A DNA stretch of 64,000 nt from contig NC_073379.1 of assembly GCF_028641065.1 (NCBI RefSeq), positions 20,894,001-20,958,000 of the forward strand. The letters run 5' to 3'. The position numbers were made by a program, and so were the translations under genes. Below the pieces are notes generated by a model. It was not told the DNA's origin, made no database searches, and was given only the letters and a program-made list of their open reading frames with translations. Below, one piece after another: positions 26,914-38,168 of this stretch. Origin of the DNA: Leucoraja erinacea. Taxonomy: Eukaryota. Every line of letters begins with the position of its first letter. Position 1 is the stretch's first letter.

Positions 26914-27682
26914 GTGGGCCGATTAGGAAAGAGGGAGATGCAACGAGACCTGGGGGTCATGGTGCACAAGTCATTAAAAGTAGGCATGCAGGTGCAGCAG
27001 GCAGTGAAGAAGGTGAATGGTATGTCAGCATTCATAGCAAATGGATTTGAGTATAGGAGCAGGGAGGTTCTACTGCAATTGTACAGGGTCTTGGTGAGAC
27101 CACACCTGGAGTATTGCGTACAGTTTTGGTCTCCTAATCTGAGGAAAGACATTCTTGCCATAAAGGGAGTACAGAGAAGGTTCACCAGACTGATTCCTGG
27201 GAAGTCAGGACTTTCATATGAGGAAAGACTGGATAGACTTGGTTTGTACTCGCTAGAATTTAGAAGATTGAGGGGGGATCTTATAAAAACTTACAAAATT
27301 CTTAAGGGGTTGGACAGGCTAGATGCAGGAAGATTTTTCCCGATGTTGGGAAAGTCCAGACCAAGGGGGGGTCACAGTTTAAGGATAAGGGGGAAATCTT
27401 TTAGGACCGAGATGAGGAAAATATTTTTCACACAGAGAGTGGTGAATCTCTGGAACTCTCTGCCACAGAGGGTAGTTGAGGCCAGTTCATTGGCTATATT
27501 TAAGAGGGAGTTAAATGTGGCAATTGTGGCTAAAGGGATCAGGGGGTATGGAGAGAAGGCAGGTACAGGATACTGAGTTGGATGATCAGCCATGATCATA
27601 TTGAATGGCGGTGCAGGCTCGAAGGGCCGAATGGCCTACTCCTGCACCTATTTTCTATGTTTCTATGTTTATATGTTTCTAT
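26914..27682 (+). mobile_element. Young CR1 LINE, 5'-truncated (RT C-terminal 220 aa open)
   Basis: RDLGV...LVRPHLEYCVQFWSP...RGDLIKTYKILKG...FFTQRVVNLWNSLP, with TTTCTATG tail. Confidence 0.92.
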
Positions 27683-27689
27683 AAAGTCA

Positions 27690-28225
27690 TAGAGTCATAC
27701 AGCATGGAAATAGGTCCTCCGGCTCAACTTGTCCATGCTGACCAAGGTGTCCCATCTAAGCTCATACCATTTGCCAGTCTTTGGCCCATTTCGCACTGTC
27801 CTTTTCTATCCATGTACCTATTCTAGTGTATTTTAAATGTTGTTATTATTCCTGCCTCAACAACCTCCTCTGGCAGCTCATTTCATGTACCCACCACCCA
27901 CTGTGAAAAGGTTCCCCCTCAGTTTCCTATTAAATATTTTCCCTCTCAGGTTGAATCTACAGTATGTCCTCTTGTTCTCATTTCCCCTTCTCTGGGCAAA
28001 AGACCCCATCTATTCTCACAATTTTATACAACTCTATAAAATCACCCCTCAACCTCCTGTGCTCTTAGGAGCTGACCTAGGTCCTTGCTTTCCAACCTCT
28101 CCCTATAGCTCAGATCCTCGAGTCCTGGCAACATCCTTGTAAATCGTCTGTGCACTCTTTCCAGCTTAATGACATCCTTCCTGTGGCAGGGTGACCGAAA
28201 CTGAACACAATGCTCCAAATGTGGC
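27690..28225 (-). mobile_element. CR1 3' fragment
   Basis: Similar to the CR1 fragment at 21930-22400, same orientation. Confidence 0.75.
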
Positions 28226-28251
28226 CAGTGTGCCGTTCCTGAGAGTGTTGT

Positions 28252-28389
28252 TCACACACAAACTAAAGGGCTCAGGATGGGTGCCAAATTTGGCAGGTTG
28301 GAGGCAGTTTCCTCAACAGATTGAGATTCAGCACTTTGTGCCCCGGTATCAACGACATCCCACTCGAGTAACAGTTCATCCCCTGGCAG
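28252..28389 (-). CDS. Tentative terminal coding exon (LPGDELLLEWDVVDTGAQ...LSPLVCV*)
   Basis: Acceptor GTGTTTTTTATGCAG, open to TGA, phase-compatible with one frame of the 35-nt exon at 29307-29341. Gene not identified. Confidence 0.35.
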   Translation of the reverse strand: MPGDELLLEWDVVDTGAQSAESQSVEETASNLPNLAPILSPLVCV

Positions 28390-29306
28390 CTGCATAAAAA
28401 ACACTTCAAATGTAATATTTACAGAACTCTTTGCTTGCAGCTCAAAGCGATGCCTATCCATGTCCTCCGGAGATGCTGCCTGATTTACTGCCACTCATGC
28501 ACTTGGTGTTCTGCGTGACATTACAGCCTCTGCAGTTCCCTGTATCTCCACCTGTCCCATTCTCCGCCACGACTGCTAGTTTTCTCAGTAACAGTGACAG
28601 AGAATGCACACGCCTCATAAGCAAGTGATGAATTCTGCAAATCGTGACTTTATAGTTTAACAACTATATCCTCCATATACGTCAGGCTTAGAACAGTAAG
28701 AAACTGTAAATATTATAAGCCCTGAGTACTCCAAACACAGGCGATAATTAGAGATGAAACCATTCAACTCATTTTTATTTTATTGTAAAACTGAATTAAA
28801 TGTGTGTTTCTTTTTGTCCGACAGCTGTTAGAAACTGTAAATTATAATTCTTAACAGCTCACACAACACAGGAATTAATAAACTGAGTCTTTGGACCTGT
28901 TTGGTATAAAACTCAATTATTTTTCCTTCAAAAATGATCCCGGTAAACGTCTACTTCACCTCTGAGCTCAATGTACTTTTTGATGTTTAAATAACAAACG
29001 TATCATAAAAGGAGTTAAAACTAATTTTTCTTGTGTTTTCCCTCTGAGTCAGGCATCAACTTTCTTTACTTCATAAACATGAAATCTTCCTGTTCATTAA
29101 AATGTACTGGCTTAGATATTTGATCTCCAATAAAACTGTTGTGTTATACGTGCTGTTTGATGAACCTGTACCTGTTGATCATGAAGCAAAAAAAGTCTCA
29201 GTTGTCAAAAATAATCATGGTGAAATATCTACGGGTGTTGTGAAATTTTTGTCCCTTTGCTCATGTGTTGGTGGGAATGGAAATTTACTGCCGCAAACTG
29301 ACATAC

Positions 29307-29341
29307 CTTTAGAGTGCATGGAGAAGATTTGCTTCTGCAGT
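29307..29341 (-). CDS. Tentative 35-nt internal exon
   Basis: Acceptor TTTTACTTTCATGCTATTCCAG and strong donor AAG|GTATGT. Two frames are open (LQKQIFSMHSK or CRSKSSPCTLK). Confidence 0.45.
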
Positions 29342-29592
29342 CTGGAATAGCATGAAAGTAAAAACGTACAGGATGATTTTACTTCGGAGTCACGTGAGTG
29401 ACTACGTGAAGAAACCGTCCAGCACGCATGCGCGACTTGAGCGTTCACGCAGTGCAACAGCGACGAACGGGAGCACAGGGCGCTCCCACTACAGCTTAAA
29501 AAAGGCGCACCATCAGGTAAGTTTATTCTGAGGTCGTATTTCGAAAACGTTGCTTTGCTTTGTGTACACCAGATTGAGACAACTGGAAAAAA

Positions 29593-30844
29593 ATGAGCAA
29601 AACAAGGCAAGCAAAAAAGACCGCCCCCCTCCCCCCGTTCGACTCCAACAGAGGAGTGTTCCATCAGTGGGGGGCGAGAGGTGGCAGGACCGCACACCCT
29701 GCGGTCAGCTATTTCTGACACTGAGCCAAGCCCAGTGCCGCTAGCGCAGCCTGAGCAGCGGGCTGGAAGTAAATCTACACGGAAGACAAACCGGCCGGTA
29801 ATGTCCGACATCTCCGACGAGGATGTCTCACCGCCCGAGAGCAGCAGAGGCAGGCACCTGAGCTGCATGGAGCGGCTCATGGAGCAAATGCTCCAGCGAG
29901 ACTTGCTTCGGGAGCTGGAGCAGTCTCGCCAAGGGAGTTCAGGCACTCCCACCACAGTGCCTCACAAGGCACTGGCCATCGCTTCTCCCTCAGCCGAGGG
30001 CAGCGTTGGCGACCAGGGCTGGGCTGCTCAAGAAGAGGGGTCACTGGCCGAAGATGTCGGGAGTACGCTTGGGGTACAGGACCAGGAAGAGCTGCTGGGT
30101 GTGGTCAACCGCTACGTGGCAGCTCCACAAGCAGTATGGCCATAAGAGCCAAAACTGGCGGCCAGCATAGACTACCTGTCCTTCAAACCCCTACAAGAGC
30201 GGGTAGTCAATGAGGCACTAGAGCTGTATTCGGCCCCAGAAAATTGCGCTTCGCTCAACGTGCCGGCCGTCAACAGCGAAATCTGGGGACACGTTGGGCA
30301 GAACATCCGCAACCAAGAATTAAAATTACGGCGGATTCTCAGGCTCCTGACGTCAGCAATTACTTCTTATGCTCGTTCTGTGGATGGGGTGGATATGACC
30401 ACAAACCAGCAAGATACATTAGCTCTGCTGTGCAACACCCAATACGAGATCAACAACCTCCATAAGGAGATAATAAGACCTGCCCTCAACCCGAAATTTG
30501 CAGGATTGTGCAAAACACCGGCCTCAGAAACACAAATCCTGCTCTTCGGTAAGGACCTCTCTAAAAAAGTGAAGGACCTGGAGGAAGAGTCCAAAACATT
30601 TGGCCTCATGAGGGCAGGCCCTGGAATGAGCAGACCCACAAAACCCAGACGGCAGTACCCCACTGTGTCCACCAGTCGACGTCAGCCTCATGGGACTGGT
30701 GAAAGCTCGGGGTCCACATACCATCCCCGAAAGCCTTTTTTAGGCCCGGGCATAGAGCGGACTCCATGGAAAATGCGCCACCCCCAACCAGCAGCACATC
30801 AGACAACACATCGTCCAATGAAGAAACAGAAGAAACACCCATAA
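29593..30844 (+). pseudogene. DIRS gag-like ORF1
   Basis: ORFs 29681-30145 and 30260-30844 are in frame across a single TAA (30143-30145). Motif PENCASLNVPAVNSEIW. The ATG at 29593 needs a 1-bp frameshift to join. Confidence 0.85.
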
Positions 30845-31980
30845 CCATGGAGGTAGGTGGGTCTGGTTCCTACCAGCATATAAAAAGTGGGGGATCCATA
30901 CTATCAGGGGGGAGATTACACCTGTTTGTGGAAGCATGGAGGTCTGTCACGAATGATAAATATATACTCAACAGCATTGTTGGATACAAAATAGAATTTG
31001 TTCAAGAAAACATGCCACCAGTTCAGCATCCACCCCAAAGGGTCTTTACCCTCTCAGTTAAAGAAAAACTAGAGGGTGAAGCAGAACTGATGAGGCTATT
31101 TACAAAGGGTATCATTGAGAAAACCAAACATGAACCCTTGGAATTTGTCTCAAATATATTCACTAAAACCAAATAAGATGGTGGATGTCGCATCATCATT
31201 GACTTAACTTCACTAAATATGTTTGTTAAGTATATACATATCAAAATGGAAACATTTATAACTGCCAAACAACTGATTTCCAAAGGATACTTCATGGCAA
31301 GCATCGACCTTAAAGATGCTTACTATTCAGTACCCATTCAAAAGGATCATCGCAGATACCTGAAATTTACTTGGATGGGACAACTATGGCAGTTTAAAGT
31401 GTTGCCTAATGGCTTAACATCAGTCCCAAGATTATTCACCAAGATATTAAAACCAGCCTTGGCAATATTAAGAAAACAGAAACATATTGTCATGGCATAT
31501 CTTGATGATATCTTAATAGTAGGCAAAACCATGGAATTGGCTAAATCAGCTGTGTCAGCTACCAAACAATTGTTTAAAACCTTGGGATTTGTTTTACATC
31601 CAGATAAATCTAAGTTGACGCCATCCACAACCATGGACTATCTGGGATTCACAATTAACTCAGTCCACATGTCTGTAACGTTGCCAAAAGAGAAAGCAGC
31701 AGAATTGGCACAAACATGTAACAATTTAATGGTCAACGATCGACCAACCATTCGACAAGTGGCAAGAGTAATTAGAAAAATGGTAGCAGCATTTCCAGCT
31801 ACACAATTTGGTCCTCTGCATTATCAAAACTTACAAAGAGCAAAAGTGCAGGTGTTAAAACGACATGCAGGACACTTTGACCGAGTCATGAAATTACCCA
31901 TTGAAGCAATATCAGAATTACAGTGGTGGGTAGGGAACATTTGGCATAGTTCCAGCCCTATCATTGTCATTAACCCAACA
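30766..31980 (+). pseudogene. DIRS reverse transcriptase
   Basis: SIDLKDAYYSVPI, LPNGLTSVPRLFTK, YLDD (31498-31509), YLGF. In-frame TAA at 31174-31176. Confidence 0.95.
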
Positions 31981-31989
31981 AATGACAAA

Positions 31990-32380
31990 GTTACAAATTA
32001 CAAAGCAATATGGCATGCCAAATATCGATCTGTTTGCATCCAGACTAAATCACCAGGTACCAATGTATGTCACTTGGGAACCAGACCCTGAGGCAGCAGC
32101 GATAGATACATTCGCGCTGGACTGGGGAAAATTCTTCTTTTATGCTTTTCCTCCCTTCTGCCTCATCAGTTGGGTACTACGCAGAATACAAATGGACTCT
32201 GCTTCAGGTATTTTGATAGTACCCGACTGGCCTACACAGCCATGGTTCCCAGTGGTCCTCGACATGGTCATCGAAACCCCAATGACTTTTCCCAGTAGCC
32301 CAGACTTATTAACTCACCCGGTATCAGGCATAAGCCACCCATGCCACGATAAAATTAAACTCCTGGGTTGCAAATTTTGA
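31990..32380 (+). pseudogene. DIRS N6-adenine methyltransferase-like (MT) domain
   Basis: IDLFASRLN...FYAFPPF...ILIVPDWPTQPWF, the established DIRS1 MT domain. It is out of frame with RT after a deletion. Confidence 0.88.
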
Positions 32381-33354
32381 AAAGACCGCTGCTGGGCCTG
32401 GGATTGTCAGACAGCATTATCAACATGATGACAGCATCCCACCGCATGTCCACAAGGAAACAATACTTGTCTAACATCAAGAAGTGGGAAAGATACTGTT
32501 CGAACACAGGAACCACATATTCGACTACTACAATAACCAATGTACTGGAATTCCTGGCAGGCCTTCACCACAATGAAGGACTCAGCTACAGTGCCATTAA
32601 TACAGCTAGAAATGCTCTGTCAGCCTACTTAATTCAGGCACCAGGACAACAGGCCATGGGGTCCCACCCGCTGGTGATCAAGCTCATGAGAGACATATTC
32701 AACTCTAATCCCCCCAGACCTAGGTACACCCAAATCTGGGATGTCAGTGTGGTCCTGACATACCATAGGGGATGGTCACCAGCCAGTCCCTCACCCTGGA
32801 ACAACTAACCCTGAAGACGGGCATGCTGATGGCACTTGTCTCAGCACAAAGAGTCCAGTCCCTCCATCTGCTACGATTGGTCAATATGGTTGTAACACCA
32901 GACCGTGTCTCATTTACCATCCAGGGGCTGGTCAAACAGAGCAGACCAGGAACATCAGGTCCAGTCATGGAATTCCGGGCTTACCCACCTGAACCACGGT
33001 TATGTGTCATGACCCACTTATTGAATTACATTGACACAACAAGAAATCCCCAAGGGAGAGAAAAAGCCTTATTGGGTCAGCCACAAGAAACCTCATGGTC
33101 GGGTGATGAGCCAAACTATTTCAAGATGGCTCAAGCAGGTGCTGAGAGCTGCTGGAGTAAATACTAACGTGTATAAATCTCACTCCACCAGGGCAGCATC
33201 CACATCGGCGGCTAAGAGGGTGGACGTGCCTATGGACCACATCCTGGCTACAGCGGGGTGGTCTAGGGAGAACACGGTCCAAACTTTTTATAACAAGCTG
33301 CTGGCAGAACCTGTATCGTTTGCAGAAAAAATATTAGAATCTGCAAATATATAA
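32368..33354 (+). pseudogene. DIRS tyrosine recombinase
   Basis: GLSYSAINTARNALS, SAQR, KQSR, HSTR (33181-33192), AGW, FYNK (Y at 33289). Two frameshifts near 32788 and 33072. Confidence 0.95.
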
Positions 33355-33499
33355 TTTAAGTTATTGTTTAATAAACACCATTATTGTTTTTACAAACAGA
33401 TTCATGGTTGATTACGATAACATACTTCCTCCCTCGAATGACTTCGGCAGCGAGTGAAGTATGAACTGTTAAACGGTTTGAAATCACAGAGCTTTAAAA

Positions 33500-33612
33500 T
33501 CTTCACGTAGTCACTCACGTGACACCGAAGTAAAATAGTAAGATTAAACGAGAACTTACCAGTTCGAAGTTTGATCTGTATTTTATGAGTAGTTACGATG
33601 AGGGATTACGTG
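33500..33612 (+). repeat. Internal complementary region (ICR) of DIRS copy 2
   Basis: Reverse complement of 29376-29412 fused through TAAAAT (33531-33536) to the reverse complement of 33759-33840. Confidence 0.95.
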
Positions 33613-33911
33613 CCCTCCGCTCCCACCCTCAATTATAGAGATCAACTGGTATTTAAGTTTTCCTTTTCTTTACTATGTTTATTTCAATTATTGTGTCTTT
33701 CTGTGATTCCACACTGCTGCTTTGAAGTATGTCGCGCATGCGTGCTGGACGGGTTCTTCACGTAATCCCTCATCGTAACTCCTCATAAAATAGAGATGAA
33801 ACTTCAAACTGGTAAATTCTCATTTAATCTTACTATTTTAATCTCTACCAGACATATAACCCAGGCACAGTGATTGCTACTCTACCCACAGAGTGGTTGC
33901 TACTTTACCCA

Positions 33912-34250
33912 CAGGAAAAATGTTCCCAATGTTGGGCGAGTCCTGAACCAGGGGCCATAGTCTTAGATTAAAGGGGAGACCATTTTAGGTTGAGGTGAGA
34001 AAAAACTGTTTCACCCAGAGAGTTGCGAATTTGTGGAATTCCCTGCCACAGAGGGCAGTGGAGTCCAAGTCACTGGATGGATTTAAGAGACTTAGATAGA
34101 GCTCTAGGGGCAAGTGGAATCAAGGGATATGGGGAGAAGGCAGGCATGGGTTATTGATTGGGGACGACCAGCCATGATCACAATGAATGGCGGTGCTGGC
34201 TTGAAGGGCCAAATGGCCTCCTCCTGCACCTATTTTCTATGTTTCTATGT
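33912..34250 (+). mobile_element. CR1 3' end
   Basis: FTQRVANLWNSLPQRAVE and TTTCTATG tail. Confidence 0.85.
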
Positions 34251-34403
34251 TACTACAATGACTTTTGTCATCCATATCTTAGGAAACTTTTGGCTCAACG
34301 CTCAAGTTACTGAGATGTTTCCACCCTGGCCTACAGTTCGCCAACTCCACAGTCTCTTCTTCCAATTGCACATCACATATCACAACAAAAGCAGAAATCA
34401 ATT

Positions 34404-35402
34404 AGGCGGCACGGTGGCGCAGCTGTAGAGTTGCTGCCTTATGGGCCTGTCCCATTTAGGCGACTTGTTAGGCGACTGCAGGAGTCTATGCAGTCGCCAC
34501 TTGGTCGCCACATGTTTGCAAGTGGTTCCCGGGGAGTCACCTTCATGGTCGTGAGGAGTTCCCGCATTCTGGGAACTAGCCGCGGCCTCCTTATGATCGC
34601 CATGGAGAGTAGCGAGAATTTTCGTGCTGTAGGTGGGTCGCCAGAAGGTCCTAGTGGGTTGTCAGGAGGTCGACGGTTCTCGTAGATTGCAGCCGGTGCT
34701 GACCGGTGAATTTCATTGGCTCATTGGGAAAAAAAACGTAAGCAGTAGTTTTCAGAACCAAGGATATCCGACCGGTAATGTTAAATGTCCGCTGAACTTC
34801 ACAGCCGTGAATCTCTGGCCTTATAAGTTGTCTGGCTTCTTAAAAGTTGTCTCCACTCCTTCTCCATCCTTCTCCCCCCTTTCCCCCCCTCTTTTAAAGG
34901 ACTCACCATACACTGTGCTTTAGCCATCTTAATTACAGTACCAACCTTCCTATTCATCACAGTGTGTGTCTGTATCACCTTGGCTTTGCACTGTGTGAAT
35001 TTCACTAAGACAGCGCTCAACCCACTTGCCCTGTCCCTCGCCTGCATAACGGGCTGGTGAAGGAAGCGATGTGCGTGTGTGTGTGTTCCACTCTGTCAGT
35101 CGTCCTTCTATTTTTTCAGGCGGTTGCCGTCAACTTGACAGTCGCCGGCAGTCGCATGAAAAATCGCCTAAGTGGAACAGGCCCATTACAGCGCTTGCAG
35201 TGCCGGAGACCCGGGTTTGATCCAGACTATGGATGCTGTCTGTACAGAGTTTGTATGTTCTCCCAGTGACCTGCGTGGGTTTTCTCCGAGACCTTTGGTT
35301 TCCTCCCACAGGTTAATTGGCTTGATGTAAATTGTCCCTAGTGTGTGTGGGATAGTGTTAATGTTGGCCGAAGGGCCTGTTTCCGCGCTGTATCTCTAAA
35401 CT
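34404..35402 (+). mobile_element. V-SINE split by a Harbinger MITE
   Basis: SINE head 34404-34441 resumes at 35189 (CAGCGCTTGCAGTGCCGGAGACCCGGG). Confidence 0.85.
34442..35185. mobile_element. PIF/Harbinger-type MITE, second copy
   Basis: TIRs TGGGCCTGTCCCATTTAGGCGA / TCGCCTAAGTGGAACAGGCCCA, TTA TSD (34439-34441, 35186-35188). Confidence 0.88.
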
Positions 35403-36107
35403 AATGGTGTGAAGGGGTGGCTCCTACACACAAGGTTCCTCTGGCAAAATCCACACAGATTGTTTGACAGAGCATCAAGCACCAATTAACGGAAATCAAA
35501 CCAACATTTCTCGAGGATTCATGACACGATTCTCCTCCCCTGCCTGCTTCAGGGTACACAACCTTCACATCCTAACAAAGTGATTAGCACAGACTGCACT
35601 AAAAATACGTAGCTATACCATGTACAAATTTCCAGCAGATCTGAAACCGTAGTTTCCCAACAATGATGCCAAATTTCACAAACTGCTTATTATAGAATTG
35701 CTCTTACTAAGCATCTATGTCTAATTTTATCTAGTTGTTACCATGAATAAAAAAGTTAATTGAACATATAAGGCAGCAGTCCGGTGGCAACTCCATGCTG
35801 CAACACTTCAAAATAAAAATAAAAATTGCTGATGGCAGTCATGCGATCGAAGAAAGTGTGAAAGAAGCGAGAGAGTAATGACAGCAACTTTCCAACATCG
35901 GCGGAAAATTGGATTAAATATTCCTGTATATGATTGAAAATCAAATTGCTGTGTGCTTTGCTTGCAGTCTTCCATGTTACTTGAAAAACACATTAAGTAA
36001 TAGGGGGTAATGTGAAGTGTGTGGTGGGCGTGACCATCTTATCCCAATGCGCAGAACTCACAGCCAGCTTCTTACAAATAAACTGTACGCATGTACACAA
36101 GTTTAGT

Positions 36108-36333
36108 TTAAGAAAGAACTGCAGATGCTGGTGAACTAAACTAAATCGCAGGTAGACACAAAATGCTGGAGAAACTCAGTGGGTGAGGCAGCATATATGG
36201 AGAGAAGGAATTGGCGACCATTTCGGGTCAAGACTCAGACTGAAGAAGGGTCTCGACCCAAAACGTCGCCAATTCCTTCTCTCCATAGATGCTGCTTCAC
36301 CCGCTGAGTTTCTCCAGTACTTTGTGTCTACCT
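36108..36333. mobile_element. Penelope pLTR-derived fold-back unit
   Basis: Inverted arms AGGTAGACACAAAATGCTGGAGAAACTCAG... / ...CTGAGTTTCTCCAGTACTTTGTGTCTACCT; inserted in a SINE (TTTAG)n tail. Confidence 0.75.
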
Positions 36334-36335
36334 TA

Positions 36336-36603
36336 ATTTAGTTTAGTTTAGTTTAGAGATACAGGCTCTTTAGCCCATCGTGTCCGCACCGACCAATGAT
36401 CCCGCACATTAACATTACTCTACGCAAACTAGGGACAACTTACCTTTATACCCAGCCAATTAATCACCACACAAGTACCTCTTTGGAGTTGGGAGGAAAG
36501 CGAAGATCTCGGATAAAACTCACACAGGTCACTGGGAGAACATACCTCAATTGCACGTGCAATTGAGATCGAACCTGGTCTCCGCTGCGCCACCGTGCTG
36601 CCC
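36336..36603 (-). mobile_element. V-SINE (HE1-like)
   Basis: Reverse complement of the SINE consensus. Confidence 0.8.
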
Positions 36604-37274
36604 TATGTCCATCATTGAGCACCCATCCATCTTAATTTCATACTCTAGCTTTTGACCATAGCCTAGTATTTCTTAGTGAGTCAAGTGCTGGTTTAGATAC
36701 CTCTTAAATGTTGTGATCATCCCAGCCTCCAATACTCCCTCGTTTGATGTTAAATTTGTGACAAATTGTGAGCATTCAGTGGGACAGGGTGAGGGGGGTG
36801 GTGATGCAAGTGTCATGTGTTAACAAGGCACACAGAATATAATTATTATAATTTCACCTACAGGTTTATCATCAGTTGTCAGCAGAAGGTGTGATGTAGG
36901 TTCACCGCTCCACTATTTAACAAGACAATTAAAATGATTGCTCTGGAGAGGGAGAGGGTGCAGAGGAGATTCACCAGGGTGTTACCTGGGATTTATTTTG
37001 TAAGGAGAGGCTGGATGGAAGGGGTTTGTTCTCCTGGGAGAGGAGGAGGCAGTGGGAGGACCTGATTGAAGTGGATACAAGATGATGAGAGGCATGGATG
37101 TGGCAGATAGTGGAAAACCTCCCTCACATAGCGGAGATGGTAAAACTAGATGGCAGAAGTTTGAAAGGGATAAAGGTTTAGAGGGATCTGGGGAGGAGTC
37201 TTCTCACTCAGAGGGTGGTGAGGTCAGGAACGCACAGCTTGAGGGGTAGTGGAGGCAAGGACGATCACAACATT

Positions 37275-38168
37275 TTTTTTTCTTTTTTTTTTTAAGATTC
37301 CTTTATTGTCATTCAGACCTTTCGCTCTGAACATAATTTCATGCCTGCAGTCATACATATAATAATAAATAACAAAACACACAATAAACACAAATTAAAA
37401 TCCACCACAGTGAGTTCACCAGGCACCTCCTCACTGTGATGGATGCAAAAGTCTTAAAGTCTCTGTCTCTTCCCTCGTTTGTTCTCCCTCTGCGCTGAGG
37501 CGATCCAGGCTTCCGATGTTGTGACCCCACCGGGTGATGGTAGGTCAGTCTCGCAGCTCAACCATGCTCCATAAACGGACTAGTTCAAACTCCGCGGCCC
37601 GGGGTGGTCGAAGCTGCCGAAGATGCCTCCCTCCAGTCCAGCGGATGCAGCTGTAGTTGCGGGAGCTCCGGAAAAACAGGTCACCAACCTGTGACCTGCG
37701 AGCTCCCGATGATGTAGTTCACTGGGCCTGTGGCCGAGCCCCGAATTCAGGTTTCTGCCGCCGGAACGCCAGAACGGCGCCTCAGCCCCGAAGCCCTAAA
37801 GCCAGGCCACCGCCACCGGAATGCTGGAACGCTGCCACAGCCCAAAGTCGGCCAGCCTCGCGTTGGTAAGTCCTGGCTAGCTCTGCCTCCAGAGCCTCGA
37901 GGTCAGTCGCAGTTGGAGGCCGCCAACTCCGCCATTAGGCCTCAGCGCAGACGGAGGCAGAGAAGGGGGATACGACAAGAAAAATACGCATTCCCCCGAA
38001 GGAAGAGACAAAAAATATGTTTCACCCCCCCCCACACACACACACACACATACACAACCTAATAAACTAAAATGTAACTAAAACAGGACAAAAGAAAACA
38101 ACAAAAAAAAGTAAAAACAGACGGATTGCAGGCGAGCCGCAACCGTCAACCGCGCCGCCACTTCCGGT
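37275..38168 (-). mobile_element. Non-coding GC-rich retroposon inserted in a CR1 remnant
   Basis: Minus strand starts CCGGAAGTGGCGGCGCG and ends AATAAAGGAATCTT plus poly-A. The 3' segment is related to 62400-62570. CR1 sequence flanks it (36955-37272, 38170-38300). Confidence 0.6.

Larger units (their letters stand above)
29376..33840 (+). mobile_element. DIRS1-like tyrosine-recombinase retrotransposon, near complete but disabled
   Basis: Left ITR 29376-29436, right ITR 33731-33764 with extension to 33840, ICR 33500-33612, gag, RT, MT and YR ORFs, ATTTTA at both ends. Confidence 0.97.

Noticed and set aside
28686-28920. Degenerate ~130-bp tandem duplication
   Set aside because: Only short AT-rich blocks match and there is no sign of function
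29215-29955. 246-aa minus-strand ORF
   Set aside because: It is mostly the antisense shadow of the GC-rich DIRS gag/leader and crosses the element boundary
31964-32380. Horizontally acquired phage-type adenine methyltransferase as a novelty
   Set aside because: The MT domain is an established part of DIRS1-like pol ORFs
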